DNA of 47,476 bases from Bacilli bacterium (GTDB lineage: Bacteria > Bacillota_I > Bacilli_A > RF39 > UBA660): the NCBI GenBank assembly GCA_017886705.1, contig JAGHJJ010000032.1:1-47476 (forward strand). Reading direction: 5' to 3'. The notes beneath the pieces are model-generated. The model ran no database searches, was not told the DNA's origin, and worked only from the letters and a program-made list of their open reading frames with translations. The position numbers and the translations under genes are program-made. Positions 1 through 9,266 of this stretch are shown here, piece by piece. Positions within the stretch are counted from its first letter, which is position 1; each line of letters opens with the position of its first letter.

Positions 1-29
1 TGACATATATTAAATTAAGAGGTGATGAT

Positions 30-347
30 ATGTATCCAAACCCTTATCTAATGACTACTGCGCCAAAAATAAGTCTACTAAGTAAGGGCTTATCTTCTTT
101 AAAAACCATAAAATGGGGATCACTATTAGAAGGAACACAAAAAACATTAGGTGTAATTAATCAAGCAATCCCTATCGTCTATCAAATAAAACCAATCGTA
201 AGCAATGCCAAAACTATCTTTAAAATTGCAGATTCTCTAAAAGAAACTCCTACATCATCACAACCAGTAGAAGAAGCACCTAGCACCATAACACCAGCAA
301 CCAATACAGAAACCACACAATCAACAAATCCCATCTTTTATATATAA
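30..347 (+). CDS. small YqfQ-like protein (hypothetical)
   Basis: ATG at 30 follows an AAGAGGTGA Shine-Dalgarno (SD) sequence. The core LLEGTQKTLGVINQAIPIVYQIKPIV resembles the Bacillus YqfQ-family motif. The tail is Ser/Thr/Pro-rich. Confidence 0.45.
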   Translation: MYPNPYLMTTAPKISLLSKGLSSLKTIKWGSLLEGTQKTLGVINQAIPIVYQIKPIVSNAKTIFKIADSLKETPTSSQPVEEAPSTITPATNTETTQSTNPIFYI

Positions 348-370
348 CTAAGTAAAAGAAGGTCGTGGAA

Positions 371-396
371 AACAAAAAAACTCAGGAAATCCTGAG
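371..396 (-). terminator. rho-independent terminator downstream of tRNA-Met
   Basis: Stem CTCAGG (381-386), loop of 4 nt, stem CCTGAG (391-396). On the minus strand it is followed by TTTTTTTGTT (371-380). Confidence 0.6.
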
Positions 397-407
397 TAAT
401 ATCATAT

Positions 408-484
408 TGGTAGCGACGGAGGGAATCGAACCCACGACCTTCTGGGTATGAACCAGACGCTCTAGCCAGCTGAGCTACATCGCC
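408..484 (-). tRNA. tRNA-Met (anticodon CAT), elongator type, CCA encoded
   Basis: The reverse complement GGCGATGTAGCTCAGCTGGCTAGAGCGTCTGGTTCATACCCAGAAGGTCGTGGGTTCGATTCCCTCCGTCGCTACCA folds as a 77-nt cloverleaf. The anticodon loop is TTCATAC and the T-loop is GGTTCGATT. It lacks the initiator features (1:72 mismatch, three G-C pairs in the anticodon stem). A lysidine-modified tRNA-Ile2 cannot be fully excluded. Confidence 0.9.
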
Positions 485-503
485 ATTTACATGCGACAAA
501 ATG

Positions 504-532
504 ATTATAACAAATAAAATTTAGTTTTTCAA
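504..532 (-). promoter_or_regulatory. sigma-A type promoter for tRNA-Met
   Basis: On the minus strand, TTGAAA (527-532), a 17-nt spacer, then TATAAT (504-509). The -10 box ends about 20 nt upstream of the mature tRNA 5' end. Confidence 0.55.
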
Positions 533-603
533 TACTTTTTTTCTTTATTTCTATACAAAATAACTTTTTTTAAGTATAATAACAATTACAAAGGAGAAAT
601 GAT

Positions 604-915
604 ATGAAAAAAAATTATACAGGAAATATAAACCGTCTATATTTATTAAAACAAGATGGACAATATATCCAACAAGCAGAACTATTAGAAAAAAACATCC
701 CACTACATAGAAACATTTTTGGTCGCTGGGTCAGAGATAATGGAGATGTTCCTACAACAGAAGAAGAAGCACTAGATTATGCATATGATATTGCAGCACA
801 ACATCCAGATATTCCTAACGGAGAGCTAATTGGAGGATATAGCTATTTAGATGAAGGAAGTATAAAACCAGCAACCATAACTAAAGGAAAAATGTTGCAG
901 AAAAAAATAAATTAA
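604..915 (+). CDS. hypothetical protein (103 aa)
   Basis: ATG follows an AAAGGAG SD. No family recognised. Confidence 0.5.
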   Translation: MKKNYTGNINRLYLLKQDGQYIQQAELLEKNIPLHRNIFGRWVRDNGDVPTTEEEALDYAYDIAAQHPDIPNGELIGGYSYLDEGSIKPATITKGKMLQKKIN

Positions 916-1691
916 TGAAAGAAAAAATTATATAATTTTAAAAAGAAACCTTGTATCCAAGGTATACGAAGAATCTTCTTCGTTTTTTTGTTCTCCATTT
1001 CTAAGACAATGCGCCGAGCCAATTTCTCCACCTTTCTAGATTCTAACAACAAAAATAGCTTTCTTTGATAAGAATGCATAGATAAAAATTTCTGATAGAA
1101 AAAAGGCTCTACATATTTTTCCTGAGAATCAATCATAACCTGATTAAATCCAGTAGCATAAGCACCAGGCTCCACCAAACAAAATGAAATACCATGACGA
1201 AAAACTTTTTCTTCTTCTTGCAATGTTTTAACAACTTGTGAAATTGCTGCTTTACTAGAACCATACACTCCAAAAAAAGGCATCGGAAACATACCAAGTA
1301 AAGAAGACGTCACAAAAATCTTACCGGTTATCTTTCTATCCATCATATGTCGATATACTTTTTTTAATAATAAGAAGGAACGAAAGAAATTAACCTCATA
1401 AATATCCCGGAGACTCTTCTCATCTATATACAAAATACTACCCGCTGTACCAGTACCAGCATGATTAAATAAACAATCAATATCTAGAGAATCAACAACA
1501 TTAATATCATCAGTGAGTAAATCAAGCTTCAAGCAAATAGCATGCGCTCCTTCTCTTTCCAACTTTTCTCGTAACATAAACACTTCAGCCACACTTCTAC
1601 AAGTCATGTACACCAAATGTCCACGCTTAGCAAGCATCACTCCAACCTGATAACCAATACCAGAAGCAGCACCTGTAATTAAGACACGCAT
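912..1691 (-). CDS. short-chain dehydrogenase/reductase (SDR) family oxidoreductase
   Basis: Contains TGAASGIG (TGxxxGxG) and YGSSKAA (YxxxK). I placed the start at the internal MRVLITG codon, which has an AGGTGA SD, rather than at the ORF-track start. Confidence 0.85.
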   Translation of the reverse strand: MRVLITGAASGIGYQVGVMLAKRGHLVYMTCRSVAEVFMLREKLEREGAHAICLKLDLLTDDINVVDSLDIDCLFNHAGTGTAGSILYIDEKSLRDIYEVNFFRSFLLLKKVYRHMMDRKITGKIFVTSSLLGMFPMPFFGVYGSSKAAISQVVKTLQEEEKVFRHGISFCLVEPGAYATGFNQVMIDSQEKYVEPFFYQKFLSMHSYQRKLFLLLESRKVEKLARRIVLEMENKKTKKILRIPWIQGFFLKLYNFFFH

Positions 1692-1734
1692 AAAATCACC
1701 TACTATTACTATAACCAAAAAAAGAAATTCTATT

Positions 1735-3009
1735 TTAGGAATTTCTTTTTATAATAAAGGATACACCTTTTTTCTCATTTTTAATTGTAATATCATAATT
1801 CATAATATTTAAAGTCTTTTTAACAATCGATAGTCCTAGACCAAACTCTCCTTTAATTCCTTTCCGGAACGGAGTAAAGATTCCTTCAAGAAAATCATCA
1901 TCGATGTGTTCACCATCATTATAAAGGATAAGTTTGTTTTGTTTTGCAGTAATTTTAATAGTAGTATTAGCATATCTCATAAAATTCGAAAGCAAATTAT
2001 CAAAAATGGTTTCCCAATGTTCCATAGTACCATAATACTTTGACTTTTTATCAATATCCGTAACAAAATTAATTTCTTTTCTATGAAACTTAAATTTTTC
2101 AACTTCAATAATTATAATTTGCTCCATATCGACTAATTTAGATTCAATATTTTTAGAATTTTTAAGATAATCAAGTTTATTTAAGTAAAGAAGTGAGTGT
2201 ACTTTTTGTTCTAATTTGTCAGTCTGCTGTTTAATAACCCGAAGTGCGGTATTACTATCTTCAACATTATCTTCAACAGCTTCAATATATGATTTTATAA
2301 CGGTGAGAGGTGTCTTAAAATCATGTGATATATTTTGATACATTTGATTGCGATATTCTTCCTGGTTAATTAAAGAAATTCGCATATCTTCGATTGCTAA
2401 AGCAAGAGACTTAATCTCGTCATCAATTTCAAAATTAATATTATGATTATAATCTGGATTATCAATATGATCTATCTTATCTTTTAATTTTTCAATCTTC
2501 TTAACAATAAAGGAAGACCAAATAACAAGAAGTAGACCAATTAATAAACACGTAGATAAAACTATTGGAAAGATGGCACTTAAAATCGCAGCTTTTGTTT
2601 CATTGATATAACTATCATTTGAGATAGCAACTTTTGTAATTTTATCTTTGGTAATTGTATAGTAGTAGTAAGTATCGTGATTATAGTTAAATTTACCATA
2701 ATCATCTTTAATATAGGATAATAATTTATCAGTATCACTGATATCGATTACTTGTTGTATATTTTCACTGGTTGTCATGGTATCATCTACAATATATATA
2801 TAAGCAACTTCTGTATTAAGTAAAGATCTATCAATACGATTATTACCTACAAATTTTAAGGGTTCACTTAAATAAGTATAAATATTTTTTTCGGCTACTG
2901 GAATTAACATCTTGGGAAGAATAATACCTAAGGAAATAAATAAAATAACAAATGCAACTCCGATTAAAGCAATCAACTGATGACTTAGTTTTGTTTTTCT
3001 AAATTTCAT
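1735..3009 (-). CDS. sensor histidine kinase
   Basis: Two TM segments flank an extracytoplasmic domain. H-box SHDFKTPLT and a C-terminal HATPase_c with GLGLSIVK are present. The start overlaps the upstream response-regulator stop by 4 nt. Confidence 0.9.
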   Translation of the reverse strand: MKFRKTKLSHQLIALIGVAFVILFISLGIILPKMLIPVAEKNIYTYLSEPLKFVGNNRIDRSLLNTEVAYIYIVDDTMTTSENIQQVIDISDTDKLLSYIKDDYGKFNYNHDTYYYYTITKDKITKVAISNDSYINETKAAILSAIFPIVLSTCLLIGLLLVIWSSFIVKKIEKLKDKIDHIDNPDYNHNINFEIDDEIKSLALAIEDMRISLINQEEYRNQMYQNISHDFKTPLTVIKSYIEAVEDNVEDSNTALRVIKQQTDKLEQKVHSLLYLNKLDYLKNSKNIESKLVDMEQIIIIEVEKFKFHRKEINFVTDIDKKSKYYGTMEHWETIFDNLLSNFMRYANTTIKITAKQNKLILYNDGEHIDDDFLEGIFTPFRKGIKGEFGLGLSIVKKTLNIMNYDITIKNEKKGVSFIIKRNS

Positions 3010-3668
3010 GATAAACGATACCCGTATCCATAAACTGCACTAACATTAAGTAAAGGCATCTTTTTTCTAAGTCGTCTTACTAAATCATCCACTACTCTAT
3101 CGGTTCCAAAATAATCTTTTCCCCAAACAGAATCAAGTATTTCTTCCCTTGAAAAACATTTATTTTTGTTTTGAACAAATAACAACAACAAGTCAAATTC
3201 TAAAGTTGTAAGTTTTATTTCTTTTTCTTTTTTATCTAAAGCAACACGTTTATCAACATCAATTGTATAATCATCATATTTAATTAATTGCTTAGGAGTA
3301 TCTTTATATACTCTTTTTAAAATTTTATCAACACGTAAGACTAATTCCTTACTAGAATATGGTTTTGTGATATAATCATCGCTACCTAATTCTAATCCTA
3401 AGATTTTATCTAAATCTTGATCCCTTGCGGAAGTAAAAATAACAGGTACATTGCTATCTTGCTCCCGGATAGCTTTGATTATATCATAGCCATTGACATC
3501 ATCTCCTAACATAATATCCAGTATCCAAAGATCAGCTTTATTGCCAATATAATCAATCGCATCGCGTCCTTTGGTAAATGAAACCACTTGATAACCAGAA
3601 CGTTCTAAATAGGTCCGAATAAGGTTTGATAAGTCAATTTCATCTTCAACAAAACAAATTGTATACAT
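3006..3668 (-). CDS. OmpR/PhoB-family response regulator
   Basis: Receiver domain (FVEDE, LWILDIMLGD, KP motif) plus a winged-helix output domain ending YGYGYRL. ATG at 3668 has a GGTGG SD. Confidence 0.9.
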   Translation of the reverse strand: MYTICFVEDEIDLSNLIRTYLERSGYQVVSFTKGRDAIDYIGNKADLWILDIMLGDDVNGYDIIKAIREQDSNVPVIFTSARDQDLDKILGLELGSDDYITKPYSSKELVLRVDKILKRVYKDTPKQLIKYDDYTIDVDKRVALDKKEKEIKLTTLEFDLLLLFVQNKNKCFSREEILDSVWGKDYFGTDRVVDDLVRRLRKKMPLLNVSAVYGYGYRLS

Positions 3669-3902
3669 AATTACCACCTACCAATAGTATAACACTATTC
3701 CCTGAATTCTTCTATAACCTTATGGGCATCGCCTCCTTTAATAATAATATTTTTAATGTTTTCTAATCCACATCCATCCTTTCCAAATCTATATAAAATA
3801 AATATTAATCATCTTAAATCTTTTTTCTATTTTTTCTTATCTATCATCCTCCTCTTGACAATATAACTATATCGTATAAATGTGTAAGAATTATTAAATA
3901 AT

Positions 3903-3930
3903 TATGGGAAATTATGGGAAATTAATTTCC
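3903..3930. promoter_or_regulatory. tandem TATGGGAAAT direct repeats running into a perfect 14-bp palindrome (candidate regulator binding site)
   Basis: TATGGGAAAT occurs at 3903-3912 and 3913-3922, in a 10-bp register. GGAAATTAATTTCC at 3917-3930 is its own reverse complement. A third exact TATGGGAAAT lies at 4008-4017 and a partial TATGGGCAT at 3721-3729. All are in the 360-nt gap upstream of the two-component operon. Confidence 0.3.
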
Positions 3931-4022
3931 GATGAACAATTTTTCTATCATATCCTCCTTTCATGTTACCAGTATAAAATAGTATTATGAAAACTATTTG
4001 ATAAAAATATGGGAAATTACGG

Positions 4023-4048
4023 AAAAAAAAGAAGACCAATTAGTCTTC
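4023..4048 (-). terminator. rho-independent terminator of the 4040..4762 gene
   Basis: Stem GAAGAC (4031-4036), 6-nt loop containing the stop codon, stem GTCTTC (4043-4048). A T8 run follows on the minus strand (4023-4030). Confidence 0.6.
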
Positions 4049-4762
4049 AAAACGTACACTACTAACAAGAGAAAAAACATTGTCATCATTAAAATAATTA
4101 TCTTCCAAATCAACATTACGAAAAGATATACTATATAAATAATCCCCATTATATAAGTAAAACAAATAAAAATTCTTCTGCTTAATAAGATATCCTTCAT
4201 AATCACCATCTATATAATACAAATCCCCCTCTGGCAATATGACATTTACTAACTTCCAAATAGTATAATAATCCTTTACATCAGATATTTTAGAAAACAA
4301 ATGGAATTGATCATTTTGATGTTTTTCATAATAATGAATAACATCATTTCTAGTAGAAAAATGATACTTTTTCATAAACTCTTCTGCATCAATATCACTA
4401 TCAATATCTAAAATATCATCCTCCAACGTAATATCATATTTTCCACCCATGATATCACGTTTTTCCAAATCACGAAAATGAACAATATCATCCCAAACAT
4501 TAGTTAAAGCAAAACCATCAGGTACACACATAGAAAAACCTTTAAAAGAAACATCACAAGTATTAGATTGATTCAAAGTAATAGTTCCTCGAAACTTTAT
4601 AATAGGATCTTCTGTTACTCGATAGCCTAAATAAACCAAAAATGCTTTAAAAGCTAACCAGCCAATAACAACTAAAATCAACAAACCGATAGCAATTCTT
4701 ACACCTTTTCTTCGAAAAAACGCTCTCCCCTTACTACACCTCTTCTTAACTCTCTTTTTCAT
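4040..4762 (-). CDS. single-pass membrane-anchored protein, unknown family (paralog A)
   Basis: Basic N-terminus plus one TM helix. Shares conserved blocks with the 5478..6152 product (C-D-x-S, FSxC[VL]P[DE], HYY/HYL, GDYxGY, [IV]SS[IV][HR]F). Confidence 0.6.
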   Translation of the reverse strand: MKKRVKKRCSKGRAFFRRKGVRIAIGLLILVVIGWLAFKAFLVYLGYRVTEDPIIKFRGTITLNQSNTCDVSFKGFSMCVPDGFALTNVWDDIVHFRDLEKRDIMGGKYDITLEDDILDIDSDIDAEEFMKKYHFSTRNDVIHYYEKHQNDQFHLFSKISDVKDYYTIWKLVNVILPEGDLYYIDGDYEGYLIKQKNFYLFYLYNGDYLYSISFRNVDLEDNYFNDDNVFSLVSSVRFED

Positions 4763-4814
4763 ATACTCACTCCTATGATATCATTATATCAAAGAAAAAA
4801 GAAAAGAAAGTAAA

Positions 4815-5360
4815 TTATTTCCTTTTCTTTGTATAGCAATGTAAACAAGTAATCTCTTCTCCCTCTCTATTAATTTCTCTAGAAAAACCAGAAGCACAAG
4901 CGACCTTAATACTACTAGAATTAAAAGGACTTATAAAGCATTCACAAAAATCAAGTTGATAAACTCTATTTCGTAACATTTCATCACTAACAATACTTAA
5001 AGTATCCTTCATATATCCATGTCCTCTAGCTTCTTTTATTAAAGCATAAGAAAAATCAACATAAGAAAAATCGGGTGTATATAAAATGCCAGAAATATCT
5101 AAAAAGCCAATAGGAAAATCTCCATAGTAAATAGAAAAAGCAGAACTATATAACTCATCGTGTTTTAAATATCCTAAATTTAAAAACGTCTCTTTTTCTA
5201 AATTCCAAAGAAATCCTTGACTTCCCTCCTCTTCTACTTTGAGAGGATCACCATAAACATCCTCATCTATCGTTAAATGATGAAGTAACCATAAATCTTT
5301 CTCATTCGTAGGTTCTATCTTTTTCATCTGTAATTGCCCTTTAATTGGATAAAATTCCAT
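4815..5360 (-). CDS. GNAT-family N-acetyltransferase (putative)
   Basis: The block ALIKEARGHGYMKDTLSIV ... NSSSIKVACASGF resembles the acetyl-CoA binding core. I placed the start at MEFYPIKG, which has a GGAGGG SD. The ORF-track N-terminal extension lacks an SD. Confidence 0.6.
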   Translation of the reverse strand: MEFYPIKGQLQMKKIEPTNEKDLWLLHHLTIDEDVYGDPLKVEEEGSQGFLWNLEKETFLNLGYLKHDELYSSAFSIYYGDFPIGFLDISGILYTPDFSYVDFSYALIKEARGHGYMKDTLSIVSDEMLRNRVYQLDFCECFISPFNSSSIKVACASGFSREINREGEEITCLHCYTKKRK

Positions 5361-5477
5361 AATAGCCCTCCTAGCAGACCTATTATAACAAAATAAAATA
5401 ATAAAGTAAATTACATAAAAACTTAAAAAAGTAAACACATTCTATTTGTGTTTACCAATTGTCTTAAAATTTCAATA

Positions 5478-6152
5478 CTAGTTCTTAAAATGAATACTAC
5501 TAATAATATTAATAACCTCATCTTGAGTAAAAGGGATAGGGCTATCAACACTAGAAAAATAAATCACATAACGCCTATGATTATGAATCAAATTAACTTC
5601 ATAATCATTATTATAATAATTGATATATCCTGTATAGTCACCAGTAACATAGCTTCTTTTTTCTGTAGGAATTGTATTTTCAAAAATCTTAGTAAGAGCA
5701 TAATTTAATTTAACCTCTTTAAGTGAAGAAAAATAATGAGTACTAGTATCATGACTATCTAAGTAGTGCAACAAATCCACAGTATTTTGAATATTAGCAT
5801 CCTCTAACAAATCAACTACTTCAAAGCTTCCATCTACATCACGAAAAACTTGACTTAAATCTTCATTAATATCAGCAAAATTGATACTTCTATCATTAGA
5901 ATCATGATATACATACATCGCCTCATCAACAGTATGTTCTTCATCCAAAACAAATTCTTCTGGAAGGCAAAAAGAATAATTACTAATAGAAAAATCACAA
6001 GACTGACCACTTTCTATTCTTACTTCTCCTACTGTTTTATTATAATCAGAGGTAATCTTATACTTGCCATAAATTAAATAAACACGATAACCTAAGATAA
6101 CACCAACAATTAAAACAATTACACAAATCAAAATTTTTATACTTTTTTTCAT
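5478..6152 (-). CDS. single-pass membrane-anchored protein, unknown family (paralog B)
   Basis: N-terminal TM helix. Paralogous to the 4040..4762 product (see that entry). Confidence 0.6.
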   Translation of the reverse strand: MKKSIKILICVIVLIVGVILGYRVYLIYGKYKITSDYNKTVGEVRIESGQSCDFSISNYSFCLPEEFVLDEEHTVDEAMYVYHDSNDRSINFADINEDLSQVFRDVDGSFEVVDLLEDANIQNTVDLLHYLDSHDTSTHYFSSLKEVKLNYALTKIFENTIPTEKRSYVTGDYTGYINYYNNDYEVNLIHNHRRYVIYFSSVDSPIPFTQDEVINIISSIHFKN

Positions 6153-6229
6153 ATAAACTCTCCTCTACAAAAAATATAACACAGAAAAAAGAAAATACAA
6201 TAAAAAATACAATATTTTTTGCATGTTGA

Positions 6230-6252
6230 CAAAAAAAGACTATTTCTAGTCT
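6230..6252 (-). terminator. rho-independent terminator of the thioesterase gene
   Basis: Stem AGACTA (6237-6242), loop TTTC, stem TAGTCT (6247-6252). A T-run follows on the minus strand (6231-6236). The hairpin overlaps the stop codon. Confidence 0.6.
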
Positions 6253-6650
6253 ATATAAAAATAATCCATCACTGCTTTCGCAACCATCACATCTTGATCA
6301 TCATAAATATCTGCTTCATAAACAGAAATATTTCGTCCTGTCTTAATAGCATTGACAACTACTTTAATCTTACTTCCACGAGCAGCATGTAAATACTCAA
6401 TATGAGAATTTACAGTAACAGCTTTTCTTCCTGTTGCGCGAGCTGCTACACCACAAGCAGTATCTGCAAGACCAAATATAAATCCACCATGAACAACACC
6501 ATAATAATTTAAAGATTCTTCTCTAATATCTGCATCCATCACACAATAATCCTTTTTAATATCCACTAACCGGTACTGATTATATCGAATAAATCCTCCA
6601 ACATCTTCCATATATTTTTTCCCAAACTCTAATAACTCTTGATCACTCAT
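6246..6650 (-). CDS. PaaI-family hotdog-fold thioesterase
   Basis: The GVVHGGFIFGLADTACG motif and the 134-aa length are typical of the family. Confidence 0.8.
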   Translation of the reverse strand: MSDQELLEFGKKYMEDVGGFIRYNQYRLVDIKKDYCVMDADIREESLNYYGVVHGGFIFGLADTACGVAARATGRKAVTVNSHIEYLHAARGSKIKVVVNAIKTGRNISVYEADIYDDQDVMVAKAVMDYFYID

Positions 6651-6664
6651 AATACTCCTCCTAA

Positions 6665-7675
6665 CTACAATTCTTCCAACTTCTCTACAGCATCTTCTAT
6701 CGTTTTAACAGGAATAATCTTAATATCTAACTTATCCTCTTTTGCCACCTTTTTACAAGTTTTATAATTATCTCCAGCAGGTACTAAGAAAACATCAGCA
6801 TCACCTTGAACAGCACCAAGTAATTTATACTCTACTTCTCCTATTTCACCAATAGAGCCATCCGCTTCAATAGTACCCGTACCAGCAATATTTAATTTCT
6901 TTGTTAAATCTTTCTTCGTTAATTGATCATAAATAGATAATGTAGTAATAAGCCCTGCCGAAGGACCAGATTCATTAGCTTCAAAATGAAACTCTACTTT
7001 AGGATCAACATCATACGAAAAAACAGCTTGTAACGCAACCCCTAAAACTTTTCTATCATCTTCTTCATATAACTTACAAGTAACATCTTGCTCTTTTCCA
7101 TCTCTTAAAATAGTAACCATAACCTCATTACCAGATACTTTCGATAACTCTTGTTGTGCATCATCTAGACTACTACATTCATTACCATTTACTTTTAAAA
7201 TCTCATCCCCTACTTCTAACGGATTACGATAATCATCAAAAGAAACAATAACATAAAGCTTCGTATCGACAAGACGACAAGGCTTCCCAGCTAACTGATA
7301 TGCATAATAAATAGCATTACTATTAGAATACTGAAGATCTAGTGTATTACGAAACTCAATATCTAAATAATCCTCATCTTCAGTATACTTATAATCATTC
7401 ATACTAACTCTTTTCCAATGAGGCATAACATAACTAAGTAAATAACTAAGTGTCGTTCCTTTTAACTCAGACACATAAGACAAATTAAAACTTCCCTTAC
7501 TCTGATATCCCTCATCTACAACAACACGACTAGAAATATCACTAATTCCTCCCCCTATAACAATATAATAATTAACTGGCCATATACAAACAACATAAAA
7601 GACCACTAAAAACAAAATAAATTTATACTCTAATTTAATAAAATTCTTAATCTTCTCATACAATTTCTTAAACAT
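6665..7675 (-). CDS. YlbL/SdrC-like membrane-anchored PDZ plus Lon-type S16 protease domain protein
   Basis: One TM helix, a PDZ segment (EVGDEILKVNG) and a Lon catalytic Ser motif (GPSAGL). I placed the start at MFKKLYE, which has a GGAGG SD. The track extension to 7828 would overlap the divergent gene. Confidence 0.8.
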   Translation of the reverse strand: MFKKLYEKIKNFIKLEYKFILFLVVFYVVCIWPVNYYIVIGGGISDISSRVVVDEGYQSKGSFNLSYVSELKGTTLSYLLSYVMPHWKRVSMNDYKYTEDEDYLDIEFRNTLDLQYSNSNAIYYAYQLAGKPCRLVDTKLYVIVSFDDYRNPLEVGDEILKVNGNECSSLDDAQQELSKVSGNEVMVTILRDGKEQDVTCKLYEEDDRKVLGVALQAVFSYDVDPKVEFHFEANESGPSAGLITTLSIYDQLTKKDLTKKLNIAGTGTIEADGSIGEIGEVEYKLLGAVQGDADVFLVPAGDNYKTCKKVAKEDKLDIKIIPVKTIEDAVEKLEEL

Positions 7676-7718
7676 GACTCTACCTCCATGATACATTATA
7701 ACAAAGAAATGAGGAAAT

Positions 7719-8609
7719 ATGAAAAAAAATAAAAAAAGTAACGTAATTCTAATAATTTTAATCTGTCTAATGATTCTATACATAATCAATTCTACTTTAA
7801 TAACAAAACATATATTAATATATACCAAATTATTTTTAGAAAAATTATTTCCAGCAAGCTTTCTATTTTTTACTTTCTCTAGTCTACTAATAGAATATAA
7901 TATTATAGAAAAAATAAGTAAAACACTAAAAATAAATGGCGCTAATTTCTATGTAGTAGCAATGAGTCTAATTAGTGGATTCCCTAGTGGTAGTAAATAC
8001 ACCAAAGACTTATTAGAAAAAAACTTAATTACTGAAAAAAGTGCTAATTACTTAATCAAATTTACTCACTTTCCAAATCCTATTTTCATATTAGGACCAG
8101 TCTCTTTATTATTTCCAAATAAAACTTACGCTCTAAAAATATTAGTTTGCATTATCATAGCAAACTTTATAATAGCCATAACCACTTATCAAAAAGAAAA
8201 AAGCACACTACCATTACAAAGAAAAGAAAACATATCTTTTGCTAAAATATTACCAAAAGCAGTCATTTCGTCTATTAAAACAATCATAATTATATATGGT
8301 ACCTCTGTATTTTTCTATTTAATTATAACCATAATAAATCACTATATAAAACTTCCTATAAAAGAATATATTTTAATGAATGGATTTTTTGATTTAACAA
8401 ATGGAACATTTTTAACCAGTCTAATAACAAATCCTACAACAAGAGCACTTTATATTATTTTCTTCTTCTGTTTTGGAGGAATATCGGTACACATGCAAAC
8501 AAAAAGTATCATTGCTGATACTAAAATAAAATATAAGAACTTTTTGATTGCTAGAATATTTCAAACGATAATTGCTAGTATATTATTTTTATTAACTACT
8601 AATTGGTGA
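7719..8609 (+). CDS. YlbJ-like polytopic membrane protein (nucleoside-recognition/Gate-type)
   Basis: Multiple TM helices. The N-terminal LFLEKLFPASFLFFTFSSLL resembles the YlbJ family. It sits next to a ylbL-like gene, as in Bacillus. Confidence 0.5.
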   Translation: MKKNKKSNVILIILICLMILYIINSTLITKHILIYTKLFLEKLFPASFLFFTFSSLLIEYNIIEKISKTLKINGANFYVVAMSLISGFPSGSKYTKDLLEKNLITEKSANYLIKFTHFPNPIFILGPVSLLFPNKTYALKILVCIIIANFIIAITTYQKEKSTLPLQRKENISFAKILPKAVISSIKTIIIIYGTSVFFYLIITIINHYIKLPIKEYILMNGFFDLTNGTFLTSLITNPTTRALYIIFFFCFGGISVHMQTKSIIADTKIKYKNFLIARIFQTIIASILFLLTTNW

Positions 8610-9224
8610 AACAATATCGATAGAGTGTTTAGAAGCTAAATCTGGATGAGATAAAACAATTCGAATAGAAAAAATATTATCATTCGTATTAATACTAACT
8701 TCATTAATCTGTAAACTATAGATTGTATGCGTAGTAGCACTTCCATCATACGCTTGAATTTCTTCATGACCTAAATCAGGAAGAGGATACTCAGTCAAAT
8801 TTCCTTCTGGTCCGTAACTAATAGAAAACTCATCACTTTGATTAGGATCGATACCTCTAATAGTACATAAATCATCTACTTCTGCAGCATCAACAGCGGA
8901 ACATCCAAATACTTGTCTAACTTCTAAAATTCTTCGGCTCCCATCACGAAGTGTTAAAATAACACGATATCCTACAGGCTTACCTAATTCAACCATAGAC
9001 TCTGATTGAACAGCAGTAAGTCCTACTTTAATCAAATCATCTTGAATATCTTTGGTAAGTAAATTTTTATAAGTAACAAGACTAAGTTTATAAGAAGCAA
9101 CAGTTTCTCTAGTTTTTAATCCTGAAATACCATTATACATAGAAACTACGATAATAGCAACAATAACAAATGTTATTAAAATTTCAATTGCCGTCATACC
9201 TTTATTATTTAATTTTTTTATCAT
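8592..9224 (-). CDS. type IV pilin-like pseudopilin (prepilin-type N-terminal signal)
   Basis: MIKKLNNKG/MTAIEILITFVIVAIIVV has Gly at -1, Glu at +5 and a hydrophobic helix. I chose the internal ATG. Confidence 0.7.
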   Translation of the reverse strand: MIKKLNNKGMTAIEILITFVIVAIIVVSMYNGISGLKTRETVASYKLSLVTYKNLLTKDIQDDLIKVGLTAVQSESMVELGKPVGYRVILTLRDGSRRILEVRQVFGCSAVDAAEVDDLCTIRGIDPNQSDEFSISYGPEGNLTEYPLPDLGHEEIQAYDGSATTHTIYSLQINEVSINTNDNIFSIRIVLSHPDLASKHSIDIVSPISS

Positions 9225-9266
9225 ATCATCACCCTTATCCACTATATTTTTTCTATAACCTTATAA

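Noticed and set aside
408-484. tRNA as initiator tRNA-fMet
   Set aside because: Positions 1 and 72 form a G-U pair rather than the C-A mismatch. The anticodon stem lacks the three consecutive G-C pairs of initiators.
3712-3964. Three mini-ORFs (5, 6 and 9 codons) after AGGAGG motifs, as possible leader peptides for attenuation upstream of the two-component system
   Set aside because: The SD-to-ATG spacing is only 0-2 nt in all three, too short for normal initiation. They look more like decayed gene starts or repeat copies. The repeats themselves are kept as a finding.
3994-4209. 71-aa minus-strand ORF overlapping the 3' end of the 4040..4762 gene
   Set aside because: It is out of frame within a better-supported gene and runs through that gene's terminator hairpin. 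It has no SD.
7676-7828. N-terminal 51-codon extension of the YlbL-like ORF
   Set aside because: The extension has no SD and would overlap the divergent ylbJ-like gene. The internal ATG at 7675 has a GGAGG SD and begins with a normal TM anchor.
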